Positions 47,142-56,889 of a DNA stretch of 64,000 nt are shown here, piece by piece. This stretch comes from Candidatus Eiseniibacteriota bacterium (lineage in GTDB: Bacteria; Eisenbacteria; RBG-16-71-46). The position numbers and the translations under genes are program-made. The stretch covers positions 32,001 to 96,000 of the forward strand of contig JBGAML010000014.1 in NCBI GenBank assembly GCA_044223005.1. The letters are read 5' to 3'. How positions within the stretch are numbered: the stretch's first letter is position 1; each line of letters begins with the position of its first letter. A model generated the notes under the pieces. The model was not told the DNA's origin. It ran no database searches and saw nothing but the letters and a program-made list of their open reading frames with translations.

Positions 47142-48959
47142 ATGCGACCGACCCGCACCCCCCACGTGCGCCACGCGGGCGACGTCCCCCGCGCACCCGC
47201 CTCCGTCGCGCCGCCCGATACGCGCGGCGTCGCGATCCTGCTCTTCGTGCTCGTCGTCGCCCGCGCGTTCGCGGTCGCGGCGCCGGGCGCGTGGGCCTGG
47301 GGCATCGACCTCGTGCGCTTCGTCCCGCCCGCACTCGGCTGGGGCGCGTGGCTCGTGACGGCGGCCGCGCTCCTGCCGGCGGTGGCGATGCCGCTCGTGC
47401 GCGCGGTCCCGGCGCGGCTCCCGGCGCCGCTGCTCGCCATGCTCGCCTTCGCGTTCGGCGCCGCGCTCGCCGCGAGCCTGCCCGACCGCACGAGCTTCCT
47501 CGGGGATTCGCTCATGCGCTCGGGCTTCGTGCTGGACGCGTTCCGGCGCGTGTTCCCGCAGGCGATGCCGCTCGACACGTGGCTGCACGGCCTGCTGCCC
47601 GCGACGCTGGGTGCGCGCTCGGCCGAGGACGTCGTGCGGATCGCGCGCGCGAGCGGCGCGCTCGAGAGCGGCCTGCTCGCCGCGGCTTCGGTCGCGTTCG
47701 CGCGCGCGAGCGGGGCGCGCGGCGCGGTCGCCGCCGCGACATGGGCGGCCGCGTTCCTGGGCGGCCACCTCGCGGTGTTCACCGGCTTCGGCAAGGGCAC
47801 GTCCGAGTGTGCGCTCGTCGTCACGGCGTTCGCCGCGGCGTCGCTCTCGGTGTTGCGCGGCGGCCGCGGCCGGCTCGCGGCCGGAGGCGCGGTGGCGCTG
47901 GGGATACTGCTCCACCGCTCGATGGTGCTGCTGCTGCCCGCGCTCGCGTGGCTCGCGCTGCTGCCGCGCGGCGGCGATCGCCGCGGCTCGGCGCTCGATG
48001 CCGCGCGCACGCTCGCACTGCCGGTCGTGACGCTGCTCGTGCTGGCACCGCGGCTCGTGCGCACGTTCGCGACGTTCGACGTGCCGCATCACGTGCGCGG
48101 CGGCGCGATCGGGGCCGCGGGCGGACCACTCGCCGCGGCGTTCGCGCCGCTGCACCTGCTCGACCTCGCCAACGCCGCGCTGCTCGTCGCACCGCTTGCG
48201 CCGCTCGCCCTGTTCGCGCTGCCCCGCCTGCGCCGCGGCGACCCCGACGCGGACGCGGCCGCGTGGTTCGCGCTGCTCGTGGGGGCGTTCGCACCCATGG
48301 TGTGCTTCGCGCACCCGCAGCAGGGCGTCTACCGCGACTGGGACGTCTTCGTGCCCGCCGGCCTCACACTGACCCTGTGCGCCGCGTGGACGTTCGCGCG
48401 GCTCGCGGCCCGCGCGGGCGACGCGGCGCGGCTCGCGCCCGCCATCGCGGCCGCCGCGGCGATGCCCACGCTGCTCCTGCTCGCGATCGCGGCCGTTCCG
48501 GAACTCGGCATCGCGCGCGTGGTCGCGTACGCGGAAGGTCCGCCTGAACGCAGCGACACCGAGCGCGGGCTCGCGTACGAGTTCGTCGGCCAGCGCCACC
48601 TGCGGAACCGCGACTACGCCGCGGCCGCGGAAGCGCTGCGGCGATCGGTGGAGCTGCTGCCGCAGGTGCGGGCGCTGCACGAGTGGGCGCTCGCGGCGGC
48701 GCTCGGCGGCCATCACCACGAGGCGATGCGCGCGGCCGAGCGGCTCAACGAGCGCCAGCCGCAGAACCTCTTCGGCTGGGTCGTGCGCGTGCACAGCGCC
48801 GCGCACCTGCGCCAGCCGGACGCGCGCGACGCGGCGCTGGCGGGCCTGCGCACGCAGCTCGCGCGCCCGGGCACGGCGGCGGAACTCGCGCGCCTGCGTG
48901 TGCAGTTCCCCGAGCTCTGGCCGCGCGAGGCCGACGCGCTGCTCGCACCCGCACCCTGA
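47142..48959 (+). CDS. Multi-pass membrane protein with C-terminal TPR-like region
   Basis: Many hydrophobic segments, FLGDS and YRDWDVF motifs, AAEALRRSVELLP TPR-like; start uncertain. Confidence 0.6.
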   Translation: MRPTRTPHVRHAGDVPRAPASVAPPDTRGVAILLFVLVVARAFAVAAPGAWAWGIDLVRFVPPALGWGAWLVTAAALLPAVAMPLVRAVPARLPAPLLAMLAFAFGAALAASLPDRTSFLGDSLMRSGFVLDAFRRVFPQAMPLDTWLHGLLPATLGARSAEDVVRIARASGALESGLLAAASVAFARASGARGAVAAATWAAAFLGGHLAVFTGFGKGTSECALVVTAFAAASLSVLRGGRGRLAAGGAVALGILLHRSMVLLLPALAWLALLPRGGDRRGSALDAARTLALPVVTLLVLAPRLVRTFATFDVPHHVRGGAIGAAGGPLAAAFAPLHLLDLANAALLVAPLAPLALFALPRLRRGDPDADAAAWFALLVGAFAPMVCFAHPQQGVYRDWDVFVPAGLTLTLCAAWTFARLAARAGDAARLAPAIAAAAAMPTLLLLAIAAVPELGIARVVAYAEGPPERSDTERGLAYEFVGQRHLRNRDYAAAAEALRRSVELLPQVRALHEWALAAALGGHHHEAMRAAERLNERQPQNLFGWVVRVHSAAHLRQPDARDAALAGLRTQLARPGTAAELARLRVQFPELWPREADALLAPAP

Positions 48960-48970
48960 GCCGCACGCGA

Positions 48971-49002
48971 ACGCCCCGGCGGCCGCGGGGCCGCCGGGGC
49001 GT
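48971..49002. terminator. Hairpin between convergent genes
   Basis: ACGCCCCGGCGGCC-GCGG-GGCCGCCGGGGCGT. Confidence 0.55.
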
Positions 49003-49014
49003 CGGCCGGGCGCG

Positions 49015-50988
49015 TCAGTCGGCCAGCGTGCTCAGGTCGCCGGGGTCCTCGCCGAGCTCCTGGGCCTTGAGGTAGCGGCGCACGATCTTGCCGCTCCGGG
49101 TCTTGGGCAGGCTCGGCCGGATCTCGATATCCGACGGCTGCGCAATGGGTCCGAGGTCCTGCCTCACGTGATCCTTGAGGCTCCCGACGAGGCCGGGACC
49201 GGTCGTCGCGGTGGCCTTGAGCACGACGAACGCCTTGATCCGCTCGCCCTTGATCGGGTCCGGCAGGCCGATCACCGCGCTCTCGGCGACGGCCGGGTGG
49301 CGCAGCAGCGAGCCCTCCACGTCCGCGGTGCCGATCCGGTGCCCGGCCACGTTGAGCACGTCGTCGGCGCGGCCGAGCACGGCGTAGTAGCCATCGTGGT
49401 CGCGCACCGCGATGTCGCCGGCCGTGTAACAGTCCGGCACCTGCTTCCAGTAGTGCTCGTAGCGCGCGTGGTCGTTCCACACCGTGCGCAGCATGTACGG
49501 CAGCGGCCGGCGCAGCACGAGCAGGCCGCCGTGGCCGTCGGGCAGCGGCTCGCCCTGCGGCGTCACGATGTCGGCGACCACGCCGGGCATGGGCTTGCCC
49601 ACCTTGCCGGGACGCGCCTCGAACGTCGGCAGCGTGCCGAGCACGGGCGCGGCGATCTCGGTCTGCCACCAGTTGTCGACGATGAAGCCGCTCGACTGCC
49701 CGACGAGGTGCTTCTGCCCCCAGAGGTGCGCCTCGGGGTTCAGCGGCTCGCCCGCGCAGGCGATCAGCCGCAGGCGCGAGAGGTCGTAGCGCGCGGGCAC
49801 TTCGCCGCCGTGGCTCATCCACATGCGCATCGCGGTCGGCGCGGTGAACATGATGTTCACGCCGAAGCGCTCGCAGAGCTCCCACGTCACGTCGGGCGTC
49901 GGGTAGTCCGGCACGCCCTCGCGGCAGAAGATCGTGGCACCCACGGACAGCGGCCCGTAGACGATGAACGAGTGGCCGACGATCCAGCCGATGTCCGACG
50001 TGCTCCAGTAGATGTCGCGCTCGCCGATCTGGTAGAAGGCGCGCGCGAGGTAGGTCACGCCGACCAGGTAGCCGCCGGTCGCGTGCACGACACCCTTGGG
50101 GCGGCCGGTCGTGCCGGAGGTGTAGAGGATGAACAGCGGGTCCTCGGCGTCCATGGCCTCGGGCTCGCAGTGGATCTCGCGCGACTGCTGGATGTCGTAG
50201 AAGTCGTGCTCGCGTTCGCTGTCGAACTGGTAGGGCGCGTCGCCGGGGCGCGAGCCGCGCCGGTGGACGATCACGTGCTCGACGGAGGCGAGGTCGCGGA
50301 CGGCCTCGTCGATCGTGGGCTTGAGCGCGATCTTGCGGCCGCGCCGCCACGTGAAGTCGGAGCAGACGATCGCCTTGGCCCCCGAGTCCACGAGCCGCGA
50401 GCGCAGCGCCTCGGTGCCCATGCCCGCGAAGACGACCGAGTGGATCGCGCCGATGCGCGCACACGCGAGCATGCTGATGATGCCTTCCGGCACGAGCGGC
50501 ATGTAGAGGATCACGCGGTCGCCCTTGCCGATCCCGAGCCGCCGGAGCGCGTTGCCGAAGCGGTTCACCTCGCGGTAGAGCCGCCCGTACGTGTACGCCT
50601 GCTCCTCGCCGTCCTCGCCCACCCAGAGCAGCGCGGCCTTGTTGCGGCGGTCGCCGTAGACGTGGCGGTCGATGCAGTTCGTGCTCGCGTTGAGCTTGCC
50701 GCCGAGGAACCACGCGTGGCGCGGCGGCTCGAACTGGAGCACCTGCTTCCACGGCTCGAGCCAGTCGACCGCCTTCGCCTTCTCGGCCCAGAAACCCTCC
50801 GGGTCCTGCAGCGCGTGCATGCGCTCGACCGAGTCGTTGGGGAGCACCGCGTCGCGCGCGAGCGCGATCGGTGGCGGGATCACGTTCTCGTCCCGCGCGA
50901 GGCGCGAGATGGCGGCCTTCTGCGACTCGGTCAGGTCCAGGGCGGGTGCTCCGCTCCGGGGCGCGTCGGCTGCGGGGGTGTCGCTCAT
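49015..50988 (-). CDS. acs: Acetate--CoA ligase (AMP-forming)
   Basis: LYTSGTTGRPKG, DIGWIVGH, WWQTE, LPKTRSGKI. Confidence 0.93.
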   Translation of the reverse strand: MSDTPAADAPRSGAPALDLTESQKAAISRLARDENVIPPPIALARDAVLPNDSVERMHALQDPEGFWAEKAKAVDWLEPWKQVLQFEPPRHAWFLGGKLNASTNCIDRHVYGDRRNKAALLWVGEDGEEQAYTYGRLYREVNRFGNALRRLGIGKGDRVILYMPLVPEGIISMLACARIGAIHSVVFAGMGTEALRSRLVDSGAKAIVCSDFTWRRGRKIALKPTIDEAVRDLASVEHVIVHRRGSRPGDAPYQFDSEREHDFYDIQQSREIHCEPEAMDAEDPLFILYTSGTTGRPKGVVHATGGYLVGVTYLARAFYQIGERDIYWSTSDIGWIVGHSFIVYGPLSVGATIFCREGVPDYPTPDVTWELCERFGVNIMFTAPTAMRMWMSHGGEVPARYDLSRLRLIACAGEPLNPEAHLWGQKHLVGQSSGFIVDNWWQTEIAAPVLGTLPTFEARPGKVGKPMPGVVADIVTPQGEPLPDGHGGLLVLRRPLPYMLRTVWNDHARYEHYWKQVPDCYTAGDIAVRDHDGYYAVLGRADDVLNVAGHRIGTADVEGSLLRHPAVAESAVIGLPDPIKGERIKAFVVLKATATTGPGLVGSLKDHVRQDLGPIAQPSDIEIRPSLPKTRSGKIVRRYLKAQELGEDPGDLSTLAD

Positions 50989-51226
50989 GACGGGTTCCCT
51001 CGTGGATTCGGGACTCGGGACTCGGATCCGCGTGCGGGCAGACTACTCCGCCCGGACGGCACCGGGGAGGCCGACGAAAGTGGTAGGCGCCCCGGGGGAG
51101 CCGGAGAACGGGCTCTAGCGGGCGGGCCGGGCTTCCGATAATTGTGGGCGATTCCCGCTCGGGCCGAAATGGTCGCCCGGATCGAGACGCGATCCGGTGC
51201 CCGGGGCGGTCCCCACAGGAGGAGCC

Positions 51227-52129
51227 GTGCGTCTCCCGAACTCGAAGTCCCTCCCCCGCATCGCCTCCCTCGTTCTCGCCGTCACGCTCGCCGTCACCGT
51301 GCTCGCTCCGGCCGCTCTCGCGAAGTCGGACGAGTGGGTGCCCGGCAAGTACCTCAACCAGGCGCTGGTCCGCGTCATGGCGAGCGTGCGCAAGATCACC
51401 GAGAAGACCAAGTACGGCCTGGACGACGCGAGCACGTGCTTCATCGGTGCCTACGTCCTCGAGGGCAAGCAGGTCTCCTCGCGCATCCCGCTCACGGGCG
51501 GCACCGAGTACGCGTTCATCGGCGGCGGCGACGACGACGTGAAGGACATGGACCTGTACCTCGTCGACAGCGACGGCGACGTGGTCGCGAAGGACGACGC
51601 CAAGGACTCGAACCCGGTGATCGTCTTCACGCCCAAGGAGGACGGCAAGTACAAGGTCGTCATGAAGCTCGCCAGCACGGGCACGAGCGGCAGCTTCCTG
51701 TGCTACGCGACGCTCCGCTCGGGCGGCTTCGACGTGCCGGTGAGCAACCTCGCCTCGGCCTCGGGCCGGCTGATCGCGCTCTGCCAGCGGATCAACGACA
51801 AGCTGGGCTGGGCCGCGTTCCACGACGGCGACGGCGAGCTCTGCCTGGTCGGCTCGATCATGAGCGAAGGCCAGACGCTGACGCAGGCGGGCTTCAACCT
51901 CGAGGATCGTCCCTACGCGTTCGTCGCGACCGCGGACGACCAGGCGGAGGACATCGACCTCAAGGTGGCCGACGACGACGGCGACGTGGTCGCCGAGGAC
52001 CAGGAGAAGGACGCGACGCCGATCGTGCTCTACTCCAAGGGCGGCACGGTCTCGATCAAGCTCGTCGACGCCAAGTCGAAGGGCGCTTCGCTCTGCCTCG
52101 CGGCCGCGGTGAAGCTCAAGAAGAGCTGA
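51227..52129 (+). CDS. Secreted protein with two tandem PPC-like domains
   Basis: AGGAGG RBS, GTG start, signal peptide; duplicated YAF..DD..D(M/I)DL...DGDVVA.D...P motif. Confidence 0.72.
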   Translation: MRLPNSKSLPRIASLVLAVTLAVTVLAPAALAKSDEWVPGKYLNQALVRVMASVRKITEKTKYGLDDASTCFIGAYVLEGKQVSSRIPLTGGTEYAFIGGGDDDVKDMDLYLVDSDGDVVAKDDAKDSNPVIVFTPKEDGKYKVVMKLASTGTSGSFLCYATLRSGGFDVPVSNLASASGRLIALCQRINDKLGWAAFHDGDGELCLVGSIMSEGQTLTQAGFNLEDRPYAFVATADDQAEDIDLKVADDDGDVVAEDQEKDATPIVLYSKGGTVSIKLVDAKSKGASLCLAAAVKLKKS

Positions 52130-52151
52130 CGCACGCCGGATCCGGACACGC

Positions 52152-52179
52152 GAAGGCCCCGCCCTCGGGCGGGGCCTTC
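52152..52179. terminator. Hairpin between convergent genes
   Basis: GAAGGCCCCGCC-CTCG-GGCGGGGCCTTC. Confidence 0.6.
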
Positions 52180-52193
52180 CGTCTTCCGGCGGG

Positions 52194-54236
52194 TCAGGCG
52201 AAGTACTCGGGCGCCGGCTTGTCCTGCAGCCAGTGGTCGAACCAGCGGCGGATGTGCTGCTGGTTCTGCACGCGGCGCGACGGCACGCCGCTGCGCGAGA
52301 GTTCGTGGCTCTCGCCCGGGAAGCGCACCATGACGACGGGCTTGCGCTGGTGCACCAGCCCGCGGAACATCGTCTCGCCCTGGCCGATCGGGCAGCGCCA
52401 GTCCTCCTCGCTGTGCAGGATCATGAGCGGCGTCTTCACGTTCGCGAGCCGCGAGGCCGGGGAACGCTCCGCGAACTCGGCCGGGTCCTCGTAGGGCGCG
52501 CGCCGGAACCAGGTCGGCGTGAAGAGCGCGAAGTCGCTCGAGTACCACATCGCCGCCCAGTCGGAGACGCAGCGCTGCGTGATCGCGGCACGGAAGCGGT
52601 CCGTGCGCGTCACGATCTCGTTGGTGAGCAGGCCGCCGCCGCTGCCGCCGGTGACGCCCATGCGCGACTCGTCCACCCAGCCGCGCGCGATCAGCAGGTC
52701 GACGCCCGCCATCAGGTCCTTCACGTCGTCGCCCGGGTAGCGGTACTGGATGCAGTTCGCGAATTCCTGCCCGTAGGACGTGCTGCCGCGCGGGTTCGTG
52801 TAGAGCACCAGGTAACCGGCCGCCGCGAGCACGCGGAACTCGTGGAAGAACGCGAAGCCGTAGGGCACGTGCGGGCCGCCGTGAATCTGCAGCACGAGCG
52901 GGTAGCGCTTCGCCGGGTCGAACCCGGGCGGCTTCACGACCCAGCCCTGGATGCGCGTGCCGTCGAACGACTCGTACCACAGCTCCTCGACCTCGCCGAG
53001 GTCGGACTCGGCGAGCAGCGCGGTGTTGGAGGACGCGAGCAGCGTCGAATCGCCGCTCGCGAGATCCACCACGCGAATCTCGCCCGGCGTCGCGACGCTG
53101 CCGGCGAGGATCGCGGCGCGGCGGCCGTCCGCCGAGACCGTGCCCGCGATCACGTCGCCCTGCGCGCCCGTGAGGTCGGTGCGCGCACCGGTCGCAGGAT
53201 CGAGCGTGGCGAGCCGCGAGGCGCCCTGCCACGCGTACGAGAACACGGCGCGGCCGTCGGCGGTCCAGCCCAGCGGCAGCGCGCCGCCGCCGCGCGGCGG
53301 ATGCTGGTCGCTCGAGAGCCCCTCGCCCACGGCGAGATCGGCGCCGGCCGTGAGCGTGCGCGCGGCGGTCATCGGCCACGCGCCCTCCAGCAGCAGCAGG
53401 TCGTTCTGGTCGTACGAGCGCACCGTCTCCGGGCGCTCGCCGCCCACGGCGAGCCAGCGGCCGCCCGGTCCCTCGGCGAACGCGGCGAGCGGGCCGCGGA
53501 TGTCGGCGACGAGCGTCGTGCCCTGGCCGTCGACCGGCGCGGCGAGATCGGGCGAGACCGCGCGCAGGTCGTTGTCCTCGATCGGCACGCCGAACCACGG
53601 CTGCTCGCGGCGGTCGGTCGCGTACACGATCCAGCGGCCGTCGCGCGACCACTCGGGCGGGCCTTCCTTGAAGCGCGTGCCGGTCGTGAGCGCGCGCGGC
53701 TCGCCGCCCGCGAGGTCGACGACCCACACGTGGTCCATGTGCTCCGCGTCGACGAAGCCCTCGTCGTTCCAGCGGAACTCCGGCTTCGTGACGATGCGTG
53801 CGGGCTCGTGCTTGGGCTTCTGGCGGTCCTTCACGTCGACGGCCGGGTTGTGGCCCGAGAGGAACGCGAGGCGCGTGCCGTCGGGCGACCACGCGGGCGA
53901 CGACGCGCCGCCCTCGAGGTTCGTGAGCGCGCGGGCCTCGCCGCCGCCCAGCGGCAGCACGTGGAGCTGCGGCTTCGCCTTCGCGTCGGCGCGGCGCACG
54001 AACGCCAGCGAGCGCCCGTCGGGCGACCAGCGCAGCTGGCTGTCGCGGCCACCGAACGTGAGCGGTCGCGGCTCCGCTGCCCGTCCCGGCGCGGGCACGT
54101 CCGCGATCCACAGGTTCGTGCGGTACTCGTCCTCCTCGGCGTCGATCGTCACCCGCGTCCACGCGACGCGCGTGCCGTCGGGCGAAATCCGCGGATCGGC
54201 CAGCCACTCGAAGCGCAGCAGGTCTTCTTCACGCAT
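52194..54236 (-). CDS. S9 family peptidase (acylaminoacyl/dipeptidyl peptidase)
   Basis: WSPDG propeller repeats, IHGGPH, NPRGS, GGSGGG, EDWRCP, GESHEL. Confidence 0.93.
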   Translation of the reverse strand: MREEDLLRFEWLADPRISPDGTRVAWTRVTIDAEEDEYRTNLWIADVPAPGRAAEPRPLTFGGRDSQLRWSPDGRSLAFVRRADAKAKPQLHVLPLGGGEARALTNLEGGASSPAWSPDGTRLAFLSGHNPAVDVKDRQKPKHEPARIVTKPEFRWNDEGFVDAEHMDHVWVVDLAGGEPRALTTGTRFKEGPPEWSRDGRWIVYATDRREQPWFGVPIEDNDLRAVSPDLAAPVDGQGTTLVADIRGPLAAFAEGPGGRWLAVGGERPETVRSYDQNDLLLLEGAWPMTAARTLTAGADLAVGEGLSSDQHPPRGGGALPLGWTADGRAVFSYAWQGASRLATLDPATGARTDLTGAQGDVIAGTVSADGRRAAILAGSVATPGEIRVVDLASGDSTLLASSNTALLAESDLGEVEELWYESFDGTRIQGWVVKPPGFDPAKRYPLVLQIHGGPHVPYGFAFFHEFRVLAAAGYLVLYTNPRGSTSYGQEFANCIQYRYPGDDVKDLMAGVDLLIARGWVDESRMGVTGGSGGGLLTNEIVTRTDRFRAAITQRCVSDWAAMWYSSDFALFTPTWFRRAPYEDPAEFAERSPASRLANVKTPLMILHSEEDWRCPIGQGETMFRGLVHQRKPVVMVRFPGESHELSRSGVPSRRVQNQQHIRRWFDHWLQDKPAPEYFA

Positions 54237-54759
54237 GCGACTCTCCGTCCGGCGTTCCGGGTGCGCCCGAGAGCGCCTCCTCGAGCAACGCCCGCAGGTC
54301 GAGCGGCTCGGTGACCATCTGCAGGCCACCGTCCGCGTGCCGGCGCCACGACTCGCGTGGCGTGTCGGCGGTGAGTTCGAGGCCGTTCCCGTCCGGGTCG
54401 GCCAGGTAGAGCGAGATGCAGACGCCGTGGTCCGACGCGCCGTGCAGCCGCACGCCGCGATCGAGCACGCGCTTCAGCGCACGGCCGAGCGAGGCGCGGT
54501 CGGGGTAGCGGATCGCGACGTGGTGCAGGCCGGTCGCGTGCTTCGGCGGCCGCGAGCCGCCCTTGCTGTCCCACGTGTTGAGCCCGACGTGATGGTGGTA
54601 GCCGCCGGCCGAAAGGAACGCCGACTCGTCGCCGAAGCGCGCCGTCAGCTCGAACCCCAGTACGTCGCGATAGAACGCGATCGCGCCCTCGAGGTCCGAG
54701 ACCTTGAGATGCACGTGGCCGATGCCGGCGCCCGCGGGAAGCACGTACTCCTGAGCCAT
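54229..54759 (-). CDS. VOC family protein (CatE-like)
   Basis: IGHVHLKV, GGYHHHVGLNTW, DHGV..SLYLADPDGNGLEL. Confidence 0.88.
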   Translation of the reverse strand: MAQEYVLPAGAGIGHVHLKVSDLEGAIAFYRDVLGFELTARFGDESAFLSAGGYHHHVGLNTWDSKGGSRPPKHATGLHHVAIRYPDRASLGRALKRVLDRGVRLHGASDHGVCISLYLADPDGNGLELTADTPRESWRRHADGGLQMVTEPLDLRALLEEALSGAPGTPDGESHA

Positions 54760-54943
54760 GCGCGCACCGTAGCGCGCCGCGTCGCGCGCGGCCAGCGGCG
54801 CCCCTGCGCGAAGCGACGGACGCCGCCCGGCGTCCTCCGGGTGCGCCGGGCTGGCGCGCCGGGCGGAGCTCCGCGTATGTTCCGCGCATGGATCGTCGCC
54901 GCCCGCGTCCCGTGCCATTCGCGCCGGGAGCGCCCGCCACCGC

Positions 54944-55849
54944 ATGAACGAATCCCCGGCCGCCGCGCGGCGCGGTGGCGGCCCGCTGCCGCTCGTCGCG
55001 TTCTCGATCTGCACCGCGATCTGGGGCAGCACGTTCCTGTTCATCCGGATCGGCAACGACACTCTGCCGCCCGTGTGGGGCGCCACGCTCCGGCTCGCGC
55101 TCGCGTCGGTGGTGCTCGGCGCGATCGCACTCGCGACGCGCCAGCCCTGGCCGACGCCCGCGCAGCGGAACGCCGCGCTGTGGTTCGGGGTCGTCGACTT
55201 CGGGATCAGCCTGCCGCTTCTCTACTGGGGCGAGAAGGCCGTGCCTTCGGCGGTGGCCGCGATCCTCTACGCCACCATGCCGCTCCTGACGGCCGCGATG
55301 GCGCACGCCTTCGGGCTCGAGCGCATCCGCCCGCTCAAGGTCCTGGCCGGCGCGGTGGGACTGGCCGGCGTGTGGATACTCGTCGCCGGCGAACTGGGCG
55401 GGCACCTGCCGCCGCTGCCGCTGCTCTCGGTGTTCCTCGGCGCGGTGACCGCGGCGCTGGCCGGCGTACTGCTCAAGCGCGCCCCCGGCGGCAGCCCCGT
55501 CGTCACCAACGCGATCGCGCACGCGGTCGCGGTCCCCTTCTGCCTCGCGATCTCGCTCGTGCTGCGCGAGCGGATCGCGCTCCCGGCGAGCGCGATCGCG
55601 TGGATGCCGATCCTCTACCTCACGATCTTCGGCTCGGTGGTCGCATTCGTCGCCGTGGCGTGGCTGATCCAGCGCTGGAGCATCGTGCGGATCAGCTTCG
55701 TGTCGGTGATCACGCCCGTCATCGCCACCGCGCTCGGCGCGCTGGTGCGGCACGAGCGGCTTTCGCCCGCGGCGTTCGCGGGCGCGATCGTGGTGCTGCT
55801 CGCGGTCGGGCTCGCGATCGCCAGCGACGCGCGCGCCGCGACGCGCTGA
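54944..55849 (+). CDS. EamA/DMT family transporter
   Basis: IWGSTFLFI, YLTIFGSVVAF, ~10 TMs. Confidence 0.88.
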   Translation: MNESPAAARRGGGPLPLVAFSICTAIWGSTFLFIRIGNDTLPPVWGATLRLALASVVLGAIALATRQPWPTPAQRNAALWFGVVDFGISLPLLYWGEKAVPSAVAAILYATMPLLTAAMAHAFGLERIRPLKVLAGAVGLAGVWILVAGELGGHLPPLPLLSVFLGAVTAALAGVLLKRAPGGSPVVTNAIAHAVAVPFCLAISLVLRERIALPASAIAWMPILYLTIFGSVVAFVAVAWLIQRWSIVRISFVSVITPVIATALGALVRHERLSPAAFAGAIVVLLAVGLAIASDARAATR

Positions 55850-55859
55850 CCCCCGGCCG

Positions 55860-56777
55860 CTAGGCGGGCGGCAGGCCCCACGCCGCGCGCACGTCGCGCA
55901 ACGCCACGATGCCGGCGCGCGCCTCGGCGGCGGCGATCGGCCCCGCGAGCGTGGCCGCGAACTCCGCGAGCGGCTGGTCGGTGAGGATCTCGATCGTCTC
56001 GCGGTCGTCGTCGGCGTGCGCGGGTAGCTTGCGGCGCACGTCGAGTACGCGCGGCGGATCGGCCGCGGCCGCGAGCCGCGCGAGCGCGCCGGCCACGGCG
56101 TCGAGCGCCTCGCCCTCGGCGTCCGCCAGCGCGCCCGCCCAGAACTCCGCGGTCGCGGCGAACGCCATCGGCGACGACGGCCGCATCGCCGCGAGTGCCA
56201 CGCGGCCCGACTCGGGCAGCAGCGCCCAGCCTTCGCGCAGCAGCGGCAGTACGCGCCGGTCGCCCAGTTCGAGCAGGCCCAGGAGCAGGCCGACGCGCGT
56301 GCCCTCGTCCTCGGCGTGCTCGGCCATGCGCAGCACGGCGCGCGGCCCCGAGAGCGGCTCGCCGTTCTCGAGCGGCGCGAGCGTCGCGTAGGAACCCGCG
56401 GCGAGCGCGACCAGCGACGCGTCCGGCTCGTGCTGCAGGAACGGCAGCAGGGCCGGCACCGGCGTCCCGCCTTCCTCGACCGCGGACGTCACGCGCTCGA
56501 GCAGGTCGAGCCGCTCGCGCGGCTCGACGCGCGCGGCCACGTGCGGGTAGAGCTCGCCCAGCGCCTCGGCGGCGCCCGCGTCGCCCGAATGCGCGAAGAA
56601 CAGGCACTGCTGGAACACGATCAGCAGCAGCGTGTCCTCGTCGAGCGCCGGCCAGCGCGAGGGGTCGGCCGCGATCGCGGACAGTTCGTGCAGCCAGCCG
56701 GCGTCGGCGGCACCGGCAACAGCGCCGCCGGATTTGGGGCGGGCGCCGTGCGGACGGCCGCGGCGATGTCGAGGCAT
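55860..56777 (-). CDS. Hypothetical helical protein
   Basis: 305-aa ORF filling the gap between neighbours, protein-like composition; start uncertain. Confidence 0.55.
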   Translation of the reverse strand: MPRHRRGRPHGARPKSGGAVAGAADAGWLHELSAIAADPSRWPALDEDTLLLIVFQQCLFFAHSGDAGAAEALGELYPHVAARVEPRERLDLLERVTSAVEEGGTPVPALLPFLQHEPDASLVALAAGSYATLAPLENGEPLSGPRAVLRMAEHAEDEGTRVGLLLGLLELGDRRVLPLLREGWALLPESGRVALAAMRPSSPMAFAATAEFWAGALADAEGEALDAVAGALARLAAAADPPRVLDVRRKLPAHADDDRETIEILTDQPLAEFAATLAGPIAAAEARAGIVALRDVRAAWGLPPA

Positions 56778-56889
56778 GGTCAGGACCTTTCGGGATCGGC
56801 GACGCGCGGGTCACATCCCGCATCGGAAGGGCGTACCCTGCGCGCCGCGAGCCGCGGGGACCCGAACGTCGAGGGCGATCGTGATCGAA